DNA of 64,000 nucleotides from Vitrella brassicaformis CCMP3155 (Eukaryota > Protista > Chromerida), in contig CDMY01000499.1 in assembly GCA_001179505.1 (NCBI GenBank), positions 1-64,000 on the forward strand, given 5' to 3'. Below, piece by piece: positions 21,852 to 33,313 of this stretch. The number at the start of each line of letters is the position of its first letter. The stretch's first letter is position 1. The position numbers and the translations under genes are program-made. The notes under the pieces are model-generated. The model was not told the origin of the DNA and ran no database searches. It was given only the letters and a program-made list of their open reading frames with translations.

Positions 21852-23587
21852 ATGGCGACGTTTTGGATTTCGAGGACACGAGAGATCTGCGAGCTTAGAA
21901 GCGACGGAAGGAGTGTGCTGTTATCGCTCGTCCCCGTTGGTTCTCTCGAAGATCTCCACTGCAGGGCTTACTGCTGCAGCTACGCGATGGAGTATCATGC
22001 ATCAGACGCCACATCGCAACCGCAGCCCCTCACCAAGACAGCCAAGGTGTCGACTCTGCGGCCTTATCCATACTACCGATGGACTCAGCTCTTTCGCGTC
22101 GTGGTGGTGCTGCTGGGTCTCGCGTACTGGCTCTACCGTTCACCGATAGACGAGCGGATAGGTGAGTGCCACGTTCTTATCTGTCCATATGCATCCTTGG
22201 CCAGTACATACGTCTGCACGCGTGTTGATCTGTCACCTGTGCGTGTGCAGATCGGCTGTGGCAGGGGATGAGGTTGACGTGGTTTGTTCGATTCGATACC
22301 TGTGAGCCCATCGTGGCAGCGTACGCGTTCATCGTCTGGGTCAACATGTTTCGCTTCTTCGACGCCTTCTGCCCATTCCTGCAGAGGTTTCGCATTATCC
22401 AGACAGGTATCCGGATAGGCGGCTTGAAGCTCCCCGACACGATGCTGCTGAGCCGTTTCTCTCTCGTTTGTGTCTGCTCCTCTCTTGCAGTGCCTTCGAG
22501 GGTGGAGCGGCTGTGGGTGAATGGCGAAGTGGGCCACGGCACCTTCTCCTACTTTGCCTTTCTCGTCCCCATGCTGGTGTTCGATTACTTCCACCCAAGA
22601 CGGTGAGTGAGGGAAAAATGAACGAATGAATAAGGGGCATTTATTCCATCGGGAGTATTTTGCGAATGAGCTCTCCCGCTGTTTGTGTATGTCAGCGTGT
22701 TGCCTGCGTGGACGCCGACGCTCGGTCAGCTGGTGGGCCAAGTTGCGCTGTCAGTGCTGGTCTACGGTACGTTGCTCTGCACGTGGACGCATCTTTTCCA
22801 ACTTGTGTTCCTTTCCACCTTCACTCACTCGCACAGACTGTCTCTTCTACGGCATCCACACGCTGGTCGGTCGGTCGGTCGATGCATCTGGGACACTCTC
22901 CACCGCACGAAACAAACATACCTTCCGAATGAAATGTGCGATGTGTATATCTGTGGCTGCCTGGCTGCAGTACCACAGGTGGCCGGCCGTGGCTTCCCTA
23001 CACGCCAAGCATCACTCCATGAAGCCCCTCGCCGGCAGCGATGTGGTGCGGGTGTCCGTCATCGATGGCCTCTCCCAGGTCCTCTGCTCTGCAGCAGCGG
23101 TCAACATCTGCCGCTCCCACAGCCTCGCCAGGTCGGGGCACTGGCCACCCACCTGCTTACACCCGAAAGCCGTTGTGGCTGTGCATCAATGCGTCCGTTT
23201 GTGTCCGTTTGTCTGTCGGTTGACCAGGTTATTGCACAACGTGGTTATCACCTATTTGCTGACCGAAGCGCACTCACAGTATGACTTCCCGTGGTCCATC
23301 CACCGTCTGCTGCCATCGGGCCTCATGGGCGGGCCCATCAGACACGAAATACACCACCACACGGGAAAGGTACATATGCGAGCTGCAGACAGACAGACAG
23401 ACAGACAGACAGTTAATGGATGGATGGATGGCCCTTATCGATCATGCGCTTCTTACGTACCATTATCTCTGTCTGTCTGTAGGCCTACTTTTCGCAGTTC
23501 TTTTCCTTCTTGGATCGGTGGAGTGGCAATGAGCTGAGCGAGGCGGAGCTCGACGTCGCGCTCCAAGACTTTGCCTGGAGGCCCTAA
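21852..23587 (+). CDS. Fatty acid hydroxylase / sterol desaturase superfamily protein, cholesterol 25-hydroxylase-like
   Basis: His boxes (YGIH..., HAKHH, HEIHHH), the EAHSQYDFPW motif, TM segments, and C-terminal YFSQFFSFLDRW. About 8 exons. Confidence 0.88.
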
Positions 23588-24583
23588 ACAAACGAATCGG
23601 CCTGTTTTCTACGAGCCAAGTAGTTATGTATGCGTGTACATGTCTGTATGTGTGTGTGCATGATATCGGCCGAAGGCCAGTCACTTTAATGCGATCGATA
23701 GAGAGAGACGGGAGCTTCTTTCTTGTGCCGCATGTGATAGCTCGCTCACGAGGAACTCAGATGAATGGAGCAAGCTGTGGGAGAAATCGCAACTGGCTCT
23801 GTCTACTCACCTGGGAGGGGCGGGACCTTTCAACCAACCTGGGTAGATAGCATCCACACATACATACATGAATACACTGGACTGACTACGGGATCGATTC
23901 GGGGAGGGAGCAGGAGGGAGTGGTCAGTCGGGCCGGGCAATTAAGTAAGGGCCACGCGGCGCAGCGTGTAATGCACGCTGCCTGCTTCCACGATATATAT
24001 ACACATCAGGGGGAGCGGATCGCATTAAGTGAGTTTTCCCATGCGTGAAGTCATGCATGGCTATGATGGATGGATGTGTTGCGCGTGGTTGGTGACGGAC
24101 CCACGACTTGATGCAGCATCTACTGAATTCATCCCAGTCAATCACATCATTCATGCATTGAAGCCATCCACATCGATATCACTCCATTGATTGACTGCAT
24201 TGTCTGTGCGGTCAGTGCACTTTGACCAATCAATCATTCATTCATTCATTCATTCGTTCACTCACTCACTCATCCATTCTCGAGTCTGTTTCAATGAGAG
24301 TGTGTTCTCATCAGACATGTTCGCACGGAAAGATGAGAACTTGTTGTTGTGTGGCGAGATGTCTGTCTGTCTGCAGCGGCTGATGGCTCTTTGCAGCGGT
24401 TGCTGCCTTATCCGGCCGATGATACTTTTTTGAGCTCACCATCCAACCTTTCGCACAGTCCTTGCCTTGCCCTAACTACTGTCACTTGGAGAGTGAGCGA
24501 TTTACTGAGACACGAAAAATAGTATGTCGTCAGACTCACAAAGAAACAACCGACAGCACATCTTAAGCTTCCATGCACCGAAA

Positions 24584-27500
24584 TCACACATTCACACACC
24601 CAGGAGGAGCAGTCTGATCCTCATGAGCCCGGGGCGCGGTCTCCTCTTCAGCCTCCATCTCATATTCATGGGCCCGGGGTGCAGTCTCCTCTTCAGGTTC
24701 CGAGTCATGTTTATGGACTCGTTTGTCGATCCCCATAGAATCCAGCCGGGCCTTGTCCGTCACGTCTCTGTCCACTTGTCGCTCAGATTTTGTCTCCAAG
24801 ATGCTCTTCGCTCGTGATTCGCGGGTGTCAGACTTCGAGCGCTTTCGTGCATCGGTCGTGGCCTTCGGCTGGTCTTTCCCTGTTTCTTCCTTGCGCTTAC
24901 AGAGGCATTTTCTTACGAAGGCCCACCCAAAGCCGGCCACACTGGCCGCCACAGCAAGGATGCCGCCAACGATGCTGAGGATGGTATCGAGACATTCGGG
25001 CTTGGCGTACGAGAAAAACCCACATTCGTCGTCTTCCTTCCCAACCTCTCCTTCGTCCAGCAGGAAGAAGTCGGGATTGGTCATCTCCTGCGGCGTCCGA
25101 TGGAGAATGCGCACCCGGTTGCTCTCGTCGAGATTGATGATGACGCTGCCAATGGTCATTCTCTCCTGGATATCCTTCATGCTCTTGATGGAAGGAAAGC
25201 TGACGAGATTGAGCCGATCGTGCGTACTGCCAGTGTCAAAGTCGAGGATTGTCACTTCGCCAGGCTCCCTGCCGATGACAAAGCTGTCTGCTCCTCTTCC
25301 GCCAATCAGCTGGTCATCGCCGCCCCGTCCATCCAGCAGGTCTGCCCCGTCACCACCTAAATTCAAAGGGAAACGATGCGGGCCTCCATACGCGTACGGC
25401 ATGTGTACACACCGATGAGGGTGTTGCTTTGGCTGTTGCCGCGCAGAGTATCGTCGTGTCTCGACCCTTCCACAGTAGCGATAGGGCTGCCCTCAGCTAG
25501 AGTCATGAACTTCCTGCTTTCTGAGTCTGAACAGGACACGCGCACCTCTACACCTGACAAGACAACCAAGAAAAGGGGAGACTGTGCAGACATGATCTGC
25601 CGGCATTCCTGCATTCATTCATTAATTCATACTTCCTGTGCCATAGTAAGAAGCTTGGCATCCTTCTGCCGGATCGCCATCCGCTCCACCAGATACAATA
25701 TCTACCTCGTCAAGGGGAATGGGGATTACATTTGGTGGAAGGGGCGGCGTCGTGGTGCCATCTGACGGATCAGGAGGTCCTTCATTTTGGGGATTCTTAG
25801 GGCTGTCTGTAGTGTGAGACCCGCCTGGAGAAACACAGAGAGTTAGGAAAATACGCATACGCTTTGCTCTTCCCTTCCCTGGCGGACCGGACGATTTCTC
25901 TGGAAGAACAAGAGGAGACATGCAATAAATAACAACAAACGAGTCCTGCCTCACCATAAGTGACGATCAATATATTGGACGCGACATTAGGATTGCCAAG
26001 CGTATCGTCTATCTTCTCGGCAGGTAGCTGAATCTGTATGTCCCCGTCTTGTTCCCCAGCAATCGAGACACTGATGTCGAAGTGCTGGCCTGTTGAGCCC
26101 TTCTCTTGAATGCTGGCAACCGAAGCGCTCACAGGGACGTGTGAGCGTCCCGTGAGGACGAAGTCGGTGGTTTCTAGTGTGTCGACGTCGATAGCTTTTT
26201 GGAAGCTGACCGTTACAAGGAACGGATTTGTCATCGTGACGCCGTCACCAAAACTGCTTAGTAGGACGGGCTCTGGCTTGCTTGTATCTGAAGAAAAAGG
26301 GAACTGAACACCTTGCTTGTGACAAAGGAAAGGTGTCTCAGTCTTGCCTATGGAAATGGTCAAGACTTGGGACGCTTCATTGAAGTGTCCAGGAGCATTC
26401 AGCAGCTCCACTCGACCTTCCCTCATCTGAAAGCTCACGTCTCCTTGTGTGTCACTGACTGGCTGTACGTCGATGGTGAAGTCCTTGTTCGACAAGCCTT
26501 GCAGATTTGTCAGCGAGACTTCGGCACTACCCGACACTTGAACATCGGTGACAGCCAGCGATTCGGTCTTGGCAGGCTGAGAGAAGGCGATCGTGAGAAT
26601 GAACGGGCTGCCGCCATATGTCTTGGATCCGGTGCTAAGGGAAGGTATCATTGGGCGAGCTGTACACGAGGGGGAAGAAAAAAAAACACACACACACACA
26701 CATACATACTGCTTTACACTTCAGTATGTGTGCTTCCTTTTTTCGTCATGTGTCTCACGTGTACAGACAGAAGGCCCTCGTCCATAATAGGATGTCTGTT
26801 GCTCACACTCCCATCCAGCTTCAACTTGGCACATGTCGTCACATCCATCGCCACTCTGTGGGGCCACTGGAGTGTGTACTGTGCCAATATCGTCGCATGT
26901 CTCGATTCCCGGCATGACCACACCGTCTCCGCATACATTGGCACACCTTCGAGTCTCTGAGTTGTCATCAATCGTCGCGTAGCTCTCGTCCGCAAGGTCA
27001 GCTGGACTGTGTAGCCAATAGGACTCTTGACCCGTTTTCATCAGCACGCCGTTCCTTGTGATGGTAAGCGAATCAGCACCACTTTGTATCTTTTTGGTGA
27101 CCCACATCATGCAGGGAGGAGTGTGCTCCACAAGATCGTTCTCCACAAAGCAATTGTCCACGATCTCAATGTGTGTCCCTGGAGCGAACAGTGTCATTGA
27201 GATTGGATAGTTGATTCCTGTATTTTGACGAAACGTTGACCGCTCGATGGTCCCTGAAGTCGACCCGAAGACAAGTCCTCCAGGATACTCAACGGTGCTC
27301 GCGCCGACAAGGTTCGTCATCTTGTGGTTGGCTTCGAAAAGAGAATCAATAATGGTGAAGCCCTGAGGCACAGCGTCGACCCAGATAATACTTCTCCAGT
27401 AGTTTTCCTCATGATCTCGACTAGAGAAGCCGGTGTTGCCAGTGAAGTGGCAGCTCTCGACCGTCAGTGGCGCTTCCGAGACGAAAATAAGGTGTCCGGA

Positions 27501-30500
27501 CTGCATGTCGCTCTTGAAGGTCGAATGTTGAAGAATTGCTTCTTGCCCAATGTCGATCAGTCGGATGTCGATCAGATCGATTGCCCGGTCTGGCATGCAT
27601 TCGCACCGGTAAAATGGATCGTCAGGGTAGAGCGTAGGGTAAGAACAAGAGCATCCTGCCGTATACTGATTGTTTTCGAATGTCGCCTCATGAGTGATCA
27701 CCAGACATGTCCGAAGGGAGACTATTTGGCGGTCAATAAGAGGAGTGACGATGTTCTTCCGATCATCGATGTCATTTGTATGAAGATCCCAATGAACGTC
27801 TATGTAGTTGCCGTAGATAAGGCTGTTCTTCAAGGCGAGATCGTAGAAAGGAGGCTGAAGTGAGTTCGCAGCGCATGTAATCGCTGACCCTTCAGTTCCG
27901 TGTATAGCCGATTCCCAGAAAGAGACATTGAAATTGGTCGATGTTGTGTTGTCTCCAGGGGTTGCAATTCTCACGCTTGCGAATTGATTATCCTTGCTGT
28001 TGCTGCATTGCTCGATGGACACTCTGTAGAATGCGACGCTCGCCATGCCGACGCCTTGCTGGTTCTCTATGTGAATACAAGAGCTGCCCGTAGCGGACAC
28101 AGCCGTGCCTTCATAATTCGTAAACCGAATACCCGCTACGGTGAATCCGACCGATCCATCAACAGTCAGGATCTCCGTGTCCTTGAGTTGTGATTTCAAT
28201 ACGGGAAACGAGTCCGGATCGGCAAGGTCTTCCGAAAAAAGATATGTGTTGCGACCTGCAATTAGTATTACACGTAACGTAACATCCAGCACCTCGTGTA
28301 CCGCACGTGTATCGTTCAGCACCTCTGAAGGTGAGGGGGCTTAGCAGATTGATTTCGGTGATCCCTGCCGAAACGCGGACGCATCGGATGGTCGTCTCTG
28401 TCTCGGGATCTTGGGCTTCCAGAGTGCCGAGTGCCTCCCTGAGTGTGCCGGCTCCTGAATCAGCCCCGCTTGACACTGTCACTGTAGAGGTGCACGAAGG
28501 GGGGACAAAGTCAGAGGTGCCAAACAGGGCTCTGAATCCAGCCTCATTTGTCCCAGGTACACACGCGGCGCCGCAGCCAACGAGGTCAAACACACGAACA
28601 TGACCGCAGTTGGAACCATAGTCCATTGGAGGGAGGGGGAGAGGAGGGGGGGCACCGCCATCATTCCCGCGAGCACCGATGGCCAAACGAGCGCCATCAC
28701 TGGACATGGCCACTGCTGTCCCCGATTGGTCATTGGCCGCTTCGCCATCGATGTCGGCGCCGACTTGAGTCCAAGTGGATCCAACGAGGTCAAACACGCG
28801 AACATGACCGCTGTTGGAACCACCGCCATCATTATAGTAAGCACCGATGGCCAAACGAGAGCCATCACTGGACATGGCCACTGAATATCCCGAGCTGTCA
28901 CCGGGCGCTTCGCCATCGATGTCGGAGCCGACTTGAGTCCAGGTGGATCCAACGAGGTCAAACACGCGAACATGACCGCGGCTTCCAGAAGCATATGTTA
29001 CGCCATCATTCCGAGGAGCACCGATGGCCAAACGAGAGCCATCACTGGACATGGCCACCGACCACCCCGAATCGTCAGCGGCCGCTTCGCCATCGATGTC
29101 GGCGCCGACTTGAGTCCAGGTGGATCCAATGAGGTCAAACACGCGAACATGACCTCTTTTGGAACCACCACATGTCCCGCAGGCACCGATGGCCAAACGA
29201 GAACCATCACTTGAGATAGCCACTGCTCTCCCCGATTGGTCACCGGCCGCTTCGCCTCGGCGCCGACTTGAGTCCAGATGGATCCAATGAGGTCAAACAC
29301 GCGAACATGACCGCTACGAGAACCACCGCCATCATTCTCAACAGCACCGATGGCCAAACGAGAGCCATCACTGGACATGGCCACTGAATGTCCCGAACTG
29401 TCCCAGACCGCTTCGCCATCGATGTCAGCGCCGACTTGAGTCCAACTGGATCCAATGAGGTCAAACACGCGAACATGACCGTTGGCATCACCGCCGCCAT
29501 CATTCCAGTAAGCACCGATGGCCAAACGAGAGCCATCACTGGACATGGCCACTGCTGTCCCCGATTCGTCACCGGCCGCTTCGCCATCGATGTCGGCGCC
29601 GACTTGAGTCCAGGTGGATCCAATGAGGTCAAACACGCGAACATGACCGCTGTTGCTCGCATAGCGAGCACCGATGGCCAAACGAGAGCCATCACTGGAC
29701 ATGGCCACCGACCACCCCGAAAGGTCACCCTCTTCGCCATCGATGTCGGCGCCGATTTGAGTCCAGGCGACGGTCTCCTCAAGCTCGCGCAGAGAAGAGG
29801 CTGGCTCAGTGGCGGCCTGCGCGGTAGTCTCAGTGCACTGATCAGCTTGGTCAGGGAGCAGCTTCACTAACTGCCATCAAGCAAGCAAGCAAGCAAATGT
29901 GCGCCTATATCTATGCAGACGTGCGTCATTCTGTGTGCACCCCTCTGTGCTGGTCTGTGTGTGTGACTTGAGGGAATAACCTTAGAGCAGATCATCTTGA
30001 AGTAGTCCCCGGCTTGCTTGCGAGCGACCTTTCCGGCCGTTGTGTCGCCCAGAGAAGTGATGAATACGGCGGCGTTCGCTAGGAAGCATCGCTCCGCGCA
30101 CACGTCCCAAGGCATATCATCATCAGACAACTTACCTGACGAATGACAGGGAAAAAAGAAAGAGAGAAAGAAACTGCTCTGCTCTGCGTCTCTCTTCGGT
30201 GTCTCGGTGTGTATATTGAGGGGAGGGGGAGAGGGGGGGTGGCTTTTTGTGTACGAGTGAGGTACCGTGGTCCTGGATGGCCGCCTCGTAGATGTCAAGG
30301 TGGTTGCTGAAGTACTCAAAACAGTACGTATCGATATTCTGCATGCGAGAACACTAAGACTCTCAATCTCCTCCTATTTTCTATCTTATGCTTCGTTACC
30401 TCCATGGCGCAGATGTTCTCGATAGTGCGCAGCGCTGTCTGTACAGCCACACATCCCCTGCCCTTGAGACCCGCCGTATTGAGTCAACTCTCGAGTGCCG

Positions 30501-31093
30501 TCTTGGCGTTTTTGAGGCAGCCGTTGGTACAGGCGGTCTGCAGATCGGCATTGTTGGCTAGCATGGCCACTTTGCTTGCGTTCTGGAGAAGGTCGCTATA
30601 ATTACACGGTTTAGCTGTAGATATGGCAAGCAAAGCACTACAGTACAAGCAAAGCCAGCCGGACTTTTTCGGTAGCTATCTAAGCATGTTTCTACCATTC
30701 AGCGCAGCCTTGAGTTGAGTGAAAGTGGGACAGCAACCTGCCCTAGCGTCTTGGCACTCATTGCCCGTAGTGAGCATGCCTAGGTTATCGAAGTCGCATC
30801 CGAACTAAAACGCGAAAGAGAGGACAAGGCACATGGTACATGTGCGGCCATCCTGAGTCTGTTGTGCTGTGTGCACACCACTGAAGACGTGAATGTTGAT
30901 CCTGTAAGCGTTTTGTAGAGGTTCTGGAAACGGTCGTGTACAGGGATCGGTCCCACCTTGGACTGCACGCTAAGTGCCACGCTGCGCCGCCATCACCAGG
31001 GGATCATCACACATGACACACAGCCATCTGTGATGGCTGTGTGGCTTACGTCGCGAGTCCGAGAAAGGCGAAGGAGGCGATGTAGCACAGCAT
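24584..31093 (-). pseudogene. Gene B: paralog of gene A with an added N-terminal Cys-rich domain and 7-blade FG-GAP-like propeller; in-frame TGA (30484-30486) and 7-nt deletion (29256/29257)
   Basis: Signal peptide MLCYIASFAFLGLAT|VALS. Exons splice in frame into WTQVGADIDGEA...SVAMSSDGSRLAIGA x7, then TNEAGFRALFGTS (same as gene A), beta-helix, CGDG..ETCDD, 2 Ig-like, RTX, DDECGFFSYAKPECLDTILSIV TM and tail. Confidence 0.85.
28570..29770 (-). repeat. Seven highly similar coding tandem repeats (~160-200 bp) encoding propeller blades
   Basis: gaggtcaaacac at 28582, 28786, 28954, 29131, 29289, 29457, 29625; agcaccgatggccaaacgag (one ggcacc variant) also seven times. Confidence 0.95.
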
Positions 31094-31655
31094 ATTCGGC
31101 GTGCGGAGGTGCGTCTTCGGGGGCCTGTGGGGGCTCGAGTCGTGAAATTTACGAGGTAAGTGAAGGTCGCTGCTTGATTGACGAGCAGTGCATCGCAACA
31201 AAATGACGACACATCTCGCTCTAGTCATCAACTGATCCAACTCTCAGCCACAGTCTTCTTCTCTGCCTTTGTCTGTTCCCTCCCGCCCTTTGCCGCATCT
31301 TCCCCTGTCCCAATCTACACATTTCGAAAGAGTCTGACTAGCGACGGTTTGTCAATCGCCACGCCGCTCTTACCCCGCCTGCCCTCTCGTCCGACGGAAC
31401 GAGGCCGCCGGAGGGATCATCGGCTGGAACAAGACAGCCACTCGCCGCAATTGACTGATGCATCATCGCTGCTCACGCCCACCCAAGAAGCTGCCATTTG
31501 CCGACAAGAAGCTGGACATATGTACACAGAAAGCCAGCTTCCTTGACAAACTCACCAGCCCCTGCCACAAACACCACAGCTCTCTGGCTGCAATTGACTC
31601 ACTCATCCCTGGCCCTCGCCCACCCAAGAAGCTGCCATTTGCCGTGACCGCACAA

Positions 31656-32492
31656 GCAAACTCCCGACCACAGGGTGGGTGGGTGAGTGAGTACCTATTC
31701 TCTATGGGTGCTGTGTGTGTGTAAGACGAATTCATACACATGTGTGTGAATGTGCGCACACAGTGATGGCACGCAGTTCGCACTGATGGTTGGCGAAAAT
31801 ACCTCCGACAAGGCGCTCGACGACCTCAAGTGGCTCATGCGCAAGGAAAGCATCATGCAAGTACGAACCGACCGCCACGCACACGCTCGCGGAATGGATG
31901 GAAGAATCAACAAGCGGTGTTCATTCGTATGCGCACGTGTGTGTATCTATCGTGTGCGCAGTGCATGTATGCGGCGCGCGGCAACATCTGGATTCCCATG
32001 TACTTGGACAGTGAGAGTGACCAGCTGATGCCCACCCGATATGAGGGCATCGCCCTGACCGCAAACGAGGGGGAGGGCCCTCAGGCGATCATCAACTACA
32101 TCGTCGATCGATTAAATTGCCCGAACAAGAAGGAGGACGACGGGTACCCCGGGCTGTTTCACGAGACGCCTGAGCTGCACAAGGCTATGGAACGGCCCCT
32201 TCCTCCCATTCGCTTGTACCCTCCGAGAGATAATATTTAGCTAGCTACCTGGGCTCTGTCTAGCTGAGCTGCCTGGCGGCCTGGGCTGGGCTGGCTTCCT
32301 TCATCGTACTTGCCTGTCTGCCTTTTTTGCTTTGGTTGGTGCCTTCGTGGTGTAGGTCTTTTTGAGTAGTCGAGAGAGTCTCTGTGTGCATATATGCTGT
32401 CTGAGTACGTAAGTGCAGTCGGGACTGGCTGAATGGAGCGGGCGGGTGAGTGGGGCAGGCAGGCAGCCAGGCATGTTGAATCTCACGAATTC
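31656..32492 (+). pseudogene. 5'-truncated duplicate of the last exons and 3' flank of the gene at 44451-45844
   Basis: High identity to 45268-46091 (DGTQFALMVGENTSDKALDDLKWLMRKE..., ...ERPLPPIRLYP). No upstream exons or leader are present. Confidence 0.85.
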
Positions 32493-33313
32493 TCTCTGGG
32501 GACACGTCAGTTGATTGAATGCACGATTTGTGTCTCTCTATCCATCCATCCATCCATCCATCCTCCCTCATACACACACACATACACACACACCTGTCTC
32601 TATCGGTCGCGCTGCCTTGTCTCTCTCTCTCTTTCCCCTGTCTCTCGTATGTCCCTGCGCGCAGACAGCTGCTGGAGAGGGACAAAAGAGGCCTCAGAGA
32701 CTTCCAAACACTTCAGGACTTGTTTCCGCCTCTATCCGCCCTCGACAGCATACATCTACGATACACAAGCACACCACCTTCCATTTGGAAGGTGGTACTT
32801 GGAAGGTGGTGCCACAAAATGGATGTATCTGTGATGTGTTGCTTTGGAATAGGCGTGGTTTGTGTTGCTTCCAAAGAGGGAAGTCAAACCACGACGTGCT
32901 TTGTGTCTCAGTAGTGTCTAAGCCTGCCGTCGTCAGCAGGTGTGGTGTAGTGCTTTGTGTGAGACCTTATTCCTGTGCGCGTGCCTGTTATTGAATCGTG
33001 AGGGTCTCCCATCGATAAGCGTCAGTAGAGCATCGAGTAAGCGCTATATCCATATCGCGAATCCATTCGAGTCTGCCTTGACCACTCCGGAAATGAGGAC
33101 CGGTGAAACCCAGAGAGAGGAAACTCGAGCGTCCGCAATAAAATAGTTCGGGAGCCATCGTGCAACGCCGTAGAGCGTGGTTTGAGGGCAAAATTTGACA
33201 CAACTTCCTATCGAAACAAGTACAAGGTGCTTGTCGGCTAGACCATCAAAGCGAACAAAACACAAGAAGGAAGCCAAGGCCACCAAAAGCATTAAGTACA
33301 GCATAGAAGACTC

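Noticed and set aside
28570-29770. Regular repeat array that might look like CRISPR
   Set aside because: Units are 160-200 bp, keep one reading frame and encode propeller blades; no cas genes; eukaryotic context.
28479-29870. Several long alternative-frame and antisense ORFs (28479-28994, 28548-29132, 29240-29782, 29388-29870)
   Set aside because: Shadows of the coding repeat; only the WTQVGADIDGEA frame is protein-like.
30484-30486. Selenocysteine or readthrough at the in-frame TGA of gene B
   Set aside because: No redox motif, no SECIS recognised, and the gene has an independent frameshift; nonsense mutation is simpler.
16674-31093. Bacterial contamination as the source of the RTX/Ig genes
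   Set aside because: The genes have many in-frame spliceosomal introns and are interleaved with host-style genes.
33044-33304. Hydrophobic 86-aa ORF downstream of gene C
   Set aside because: Lies just past C's stop on the same strand, has no ATG start or motif; probably 3' UTR.
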